A stretch of DNA of 8,908 bases, the filler included, from Alphaproteobacteria bacterium (GTDB lineage Bacteria; Pseudomonadota; Alphaproteobacteria; Caedimonadales; UBA9215), in assembly GCA_024280495.1 (NCBI GenBank). It is 2 parts of 2 records of this genome, joined end to end, with 100 filler letters (N's around TTAATTAATTAA, not from the genome) between each part and the next. Parts side by side here need not be neighbours in the genome. Positions count along the whole stretch, not along the records: positions 4,179 to 8,908 come from JAJRPZ010000004.1; 1 more part is not named here. One strand, 5' to 3'. The notes below the pieces were generated by a model, which was not told where the DNA came from, did no database searches, and worked only from the letters and a program-made list of their open reading frames with translations. Positions 7,370 through 8,908 of this stretch are shown here, one piece after another. How positions within the stretch are numbered: position 1 is the first letter of the stretch; every line of letters begins with the position of its first letter. The position numbers and the translations under genes were made by a program.

Positions 7370-7966
7370 ATGATATTTTATAAAACATTCATTATTATTA
7401 CTATTTCACTTTTTTTTGGGGCTCAAGGAGCTCAAAGCAAAGGTGGCTATATAAAAAGAGGATTAAAACACTGTACAGGTGTTTGTGATCAAGAGTCAAT
7501 CTGTACGCTAGATCAAGACAAAAAATATCGTTGGTGCCTTAAAAAATGTTCCCATAAAATTGATGTCAAAAAAATGTGTAAGTCTATTACTCCCCCTAAA
7601 ATGCGACCTTTTTTACCTTACGAAGATTCTAGTGCCACCCTCAGTACAAATGAGGTCTCTCCTCTCGCCCTTCTAGGTTTAGATATGAAATTCATTAAGC
7701 AAACAACCGATAGAAAAAGACTGGTCGGCACTGCTAAAAAACTTCTCCTCGTGCATGAGCAATATGTCCGGGGTAAGAACATTCAAAAACTTAGTTCAAA
7801 GAGACGAGAAAAACGTGCTAAAAAACTTTTTCGAGAATTTTTTAAAAACTCCCCTGAAACCTTAAAAATATTTGACAAAACAAAACAAATTCCAGACGAA
7901 AAAATGGTAGTTTTATTTAACACCATAAAAAGGGAACTCACCACAAAATATAATAAAAAACGTTAA
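7370..7966 (+). CDS. Secreted hypothetical protein with N-terminal 6-Cys domain and basic helical C-terminus, 198 aa
   Basis: AGAGGA ribosome-binding site upstream, signal peptide (AQG/AQS), and the pattern C-x3-C-x5-C-x10-C-x3-C-x9-C. Confidence 0.8.
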   Translation: MIFYKTFIIITISLFFGAQGAQSKGGYIKRGLKHCTGVCDQESICTLDQDKKYRWCLKKCSHKIDVKKMCKSITPPKMRPFLPYEDSSATLSTNEVSPLALLGLDMKFIKQTTDRKRLVGTAKKLLLVHEQYVRGKNIQKLSSKRREKRAKKLFREFFKNSPETLKIFDKTKQIPDEKMVVLFNTIKRELTTKYNKKR

Positions 7967-7975
7967 AATAAAAAA

Positions 7976-8908
7976 ATGATAACTCCTCAAGAATTGGTTG
8001 CCAAAGTACGCTCTTATGATCCCTCGGCAGATGCCGATGCCATAGAGCGTGCCTATGCTTTTTCAAAAAAAGCCCATGCACCACAAATACGAACTTCAGG
8101 CGATCCTTATTTTTCTCACCCCCTTGCCGTGGCTGAAATTCTTTGTGAGATGAAGCTTGATACGGCATCTATCATCACGGCCCTTCTCCATGACACCGTT
8201 GAAGATACGGAGGTCACCACCGAGGATATTCAAGAAAATTTTGGTGAGGAAGTGGCGGATTTGGTAACAGGAGTCACGAAGCTAACCCGTATTGAAATCC
8301 AATCAGATCATACAAAACAAGCTGAAAATTTTCGAAAACTCGTGCTGGCCATGTCCAATGACATTCGTGTTTTATTGGTTAAATTAGCGGATCGACTCCA
8401 TAATATGCGCACTCTTCATTTTGTAAAAGAAGAAAAACGCCAACGCATTGGCAAGGAAACCCTTGATATTTATGCGCCTCTTGCGGAACGTATTGGAATC
8501 ACACATTTTAAGGAAGAACTCGAGAGTCTTGCTTTTAAGGCCGTGAACCCTGATGCCCATGAATCCATCGTGACGCGCCTTGATTTCCTCCAACATGAAA
8601 ATACGAGTGATGCCATAGCCCCCGTAATCAAAGAACTTAAATCCATTATGGCCATAGAAGGAGTCAATGTTGATATCACAGGGCGCGTAAAACGCCCTTA
8701 TTCCATCTGGCGCAAAATGCACCACAAAAATATGACTCTGGAACAGTTACTTGATCTCGTGGCCTTTCGAATCATTGTCCCTGAGGTTGGTGACTGCTAC
8801 CGCGCCCTTGGGGTTTTACACAGCTCTTACCGCGTGATTCCTGATCGTTTCAAAGATTATATTTCGACCCCCAAACCCAACGGTTATCAATCTCTACATA
8901 CATTTTTG
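7976..8908 (+). CDS. spoT: Bifunctional (p)ppGpp synthetase/hydrolase Rel/SpoT, N-terminal 311 codons, runs off the window
   Basis: Manual translation from ATG 7976 gives MITPQELVAKV..AH..Q.RTSGDPYFSHP..ALLHDTVEDT..AENFRK..VKLADRLHNMRTL..YAPLAERIG..GRVKRPYSIWRKM..RFKDYISTPKPNGYQSLHT. The HD hydrolase motif and the RxKD synthetase motif are intact. It is absent from the ORF track because there is no stop codon in the window. Confidence 0.97.
   Translation, partial: MITPQELVAKVRSYDPSADADAIERAYAFSKKAHAPQIRTSGDPYFSHPLAVAEILCEMKLDTASIITALLHDTVEDTEVTTEDIQENFGEEVADLVTGVTKLTRIEIQSDHTKQAENFRKLVLAMSNDIRVLLVKLADRLHNMRTLHFVKEEKRQRIGKETLDIYAPLAERIGITHFKEELESLAFKAVNPDAHESIVTRLDFLQHENTSDAIAPVIKELKSIMAIEGVNVDITGRVKRPYSIWRKMHHKNMTLEQLLDLVAFRIIVPEVGDCYRALGVLHSSYRVIPDRFKDYISTPKPNGYQSLHTFL

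Noticed and set aside
7938..8725. - strand ORFs 7938..8168, 8384..8725 and 8470..8679
   Set aside because: They are antisense to the unambiguous spoT frame.
1..8908. CRISPR array, tRNA/rRNA, transposase, recombinase, reverse transcriptase or defence genes
   Set aside because: No regularly spaced direct repeats, RNA-gene signatures or catalytic motifs of these families were seen. The rcdA repeat differences are too few and synonymous to suggest a DGR template/variable pair.

Overview
The window is two contig fragments of AT-rich alphaproteobacterial-like DNA joined by an artificial 100-bp spacer (N44-TTAATTAATTAA-N44, 4079-4178), so adjacency across the spacer means nothing. The left fragment carries, on the - strand, a 5'-truncated MMPL/RND-family transporter, two small and very basic secreted proteins, and rcdA (DUF1465). 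A second, inverted, near-identical copy of the rcdA 3' end faces it at 1-137. Between the two copies lie a bidirectional terminator and a ~161-bp ERIC/RPE-like palindromic miniature element. The right fragment carries a secreted coiled-coil protein, an outer-membrane beta-barrel, a PldB-like alpha/beta hydrolase whose natural-looking ATG is out of frame, a secreted 6-Cys protein, and the 5' part of a bifunctional rel/spoT gene that the ORF track missed. No complete novel system can be shown from the sequence alone. The best leads are the inverted rcdA duplication around the terminator and MITE, the pair of cationic secreted proteins behind the MMPL exporter, and the anomalous hydrolase start.
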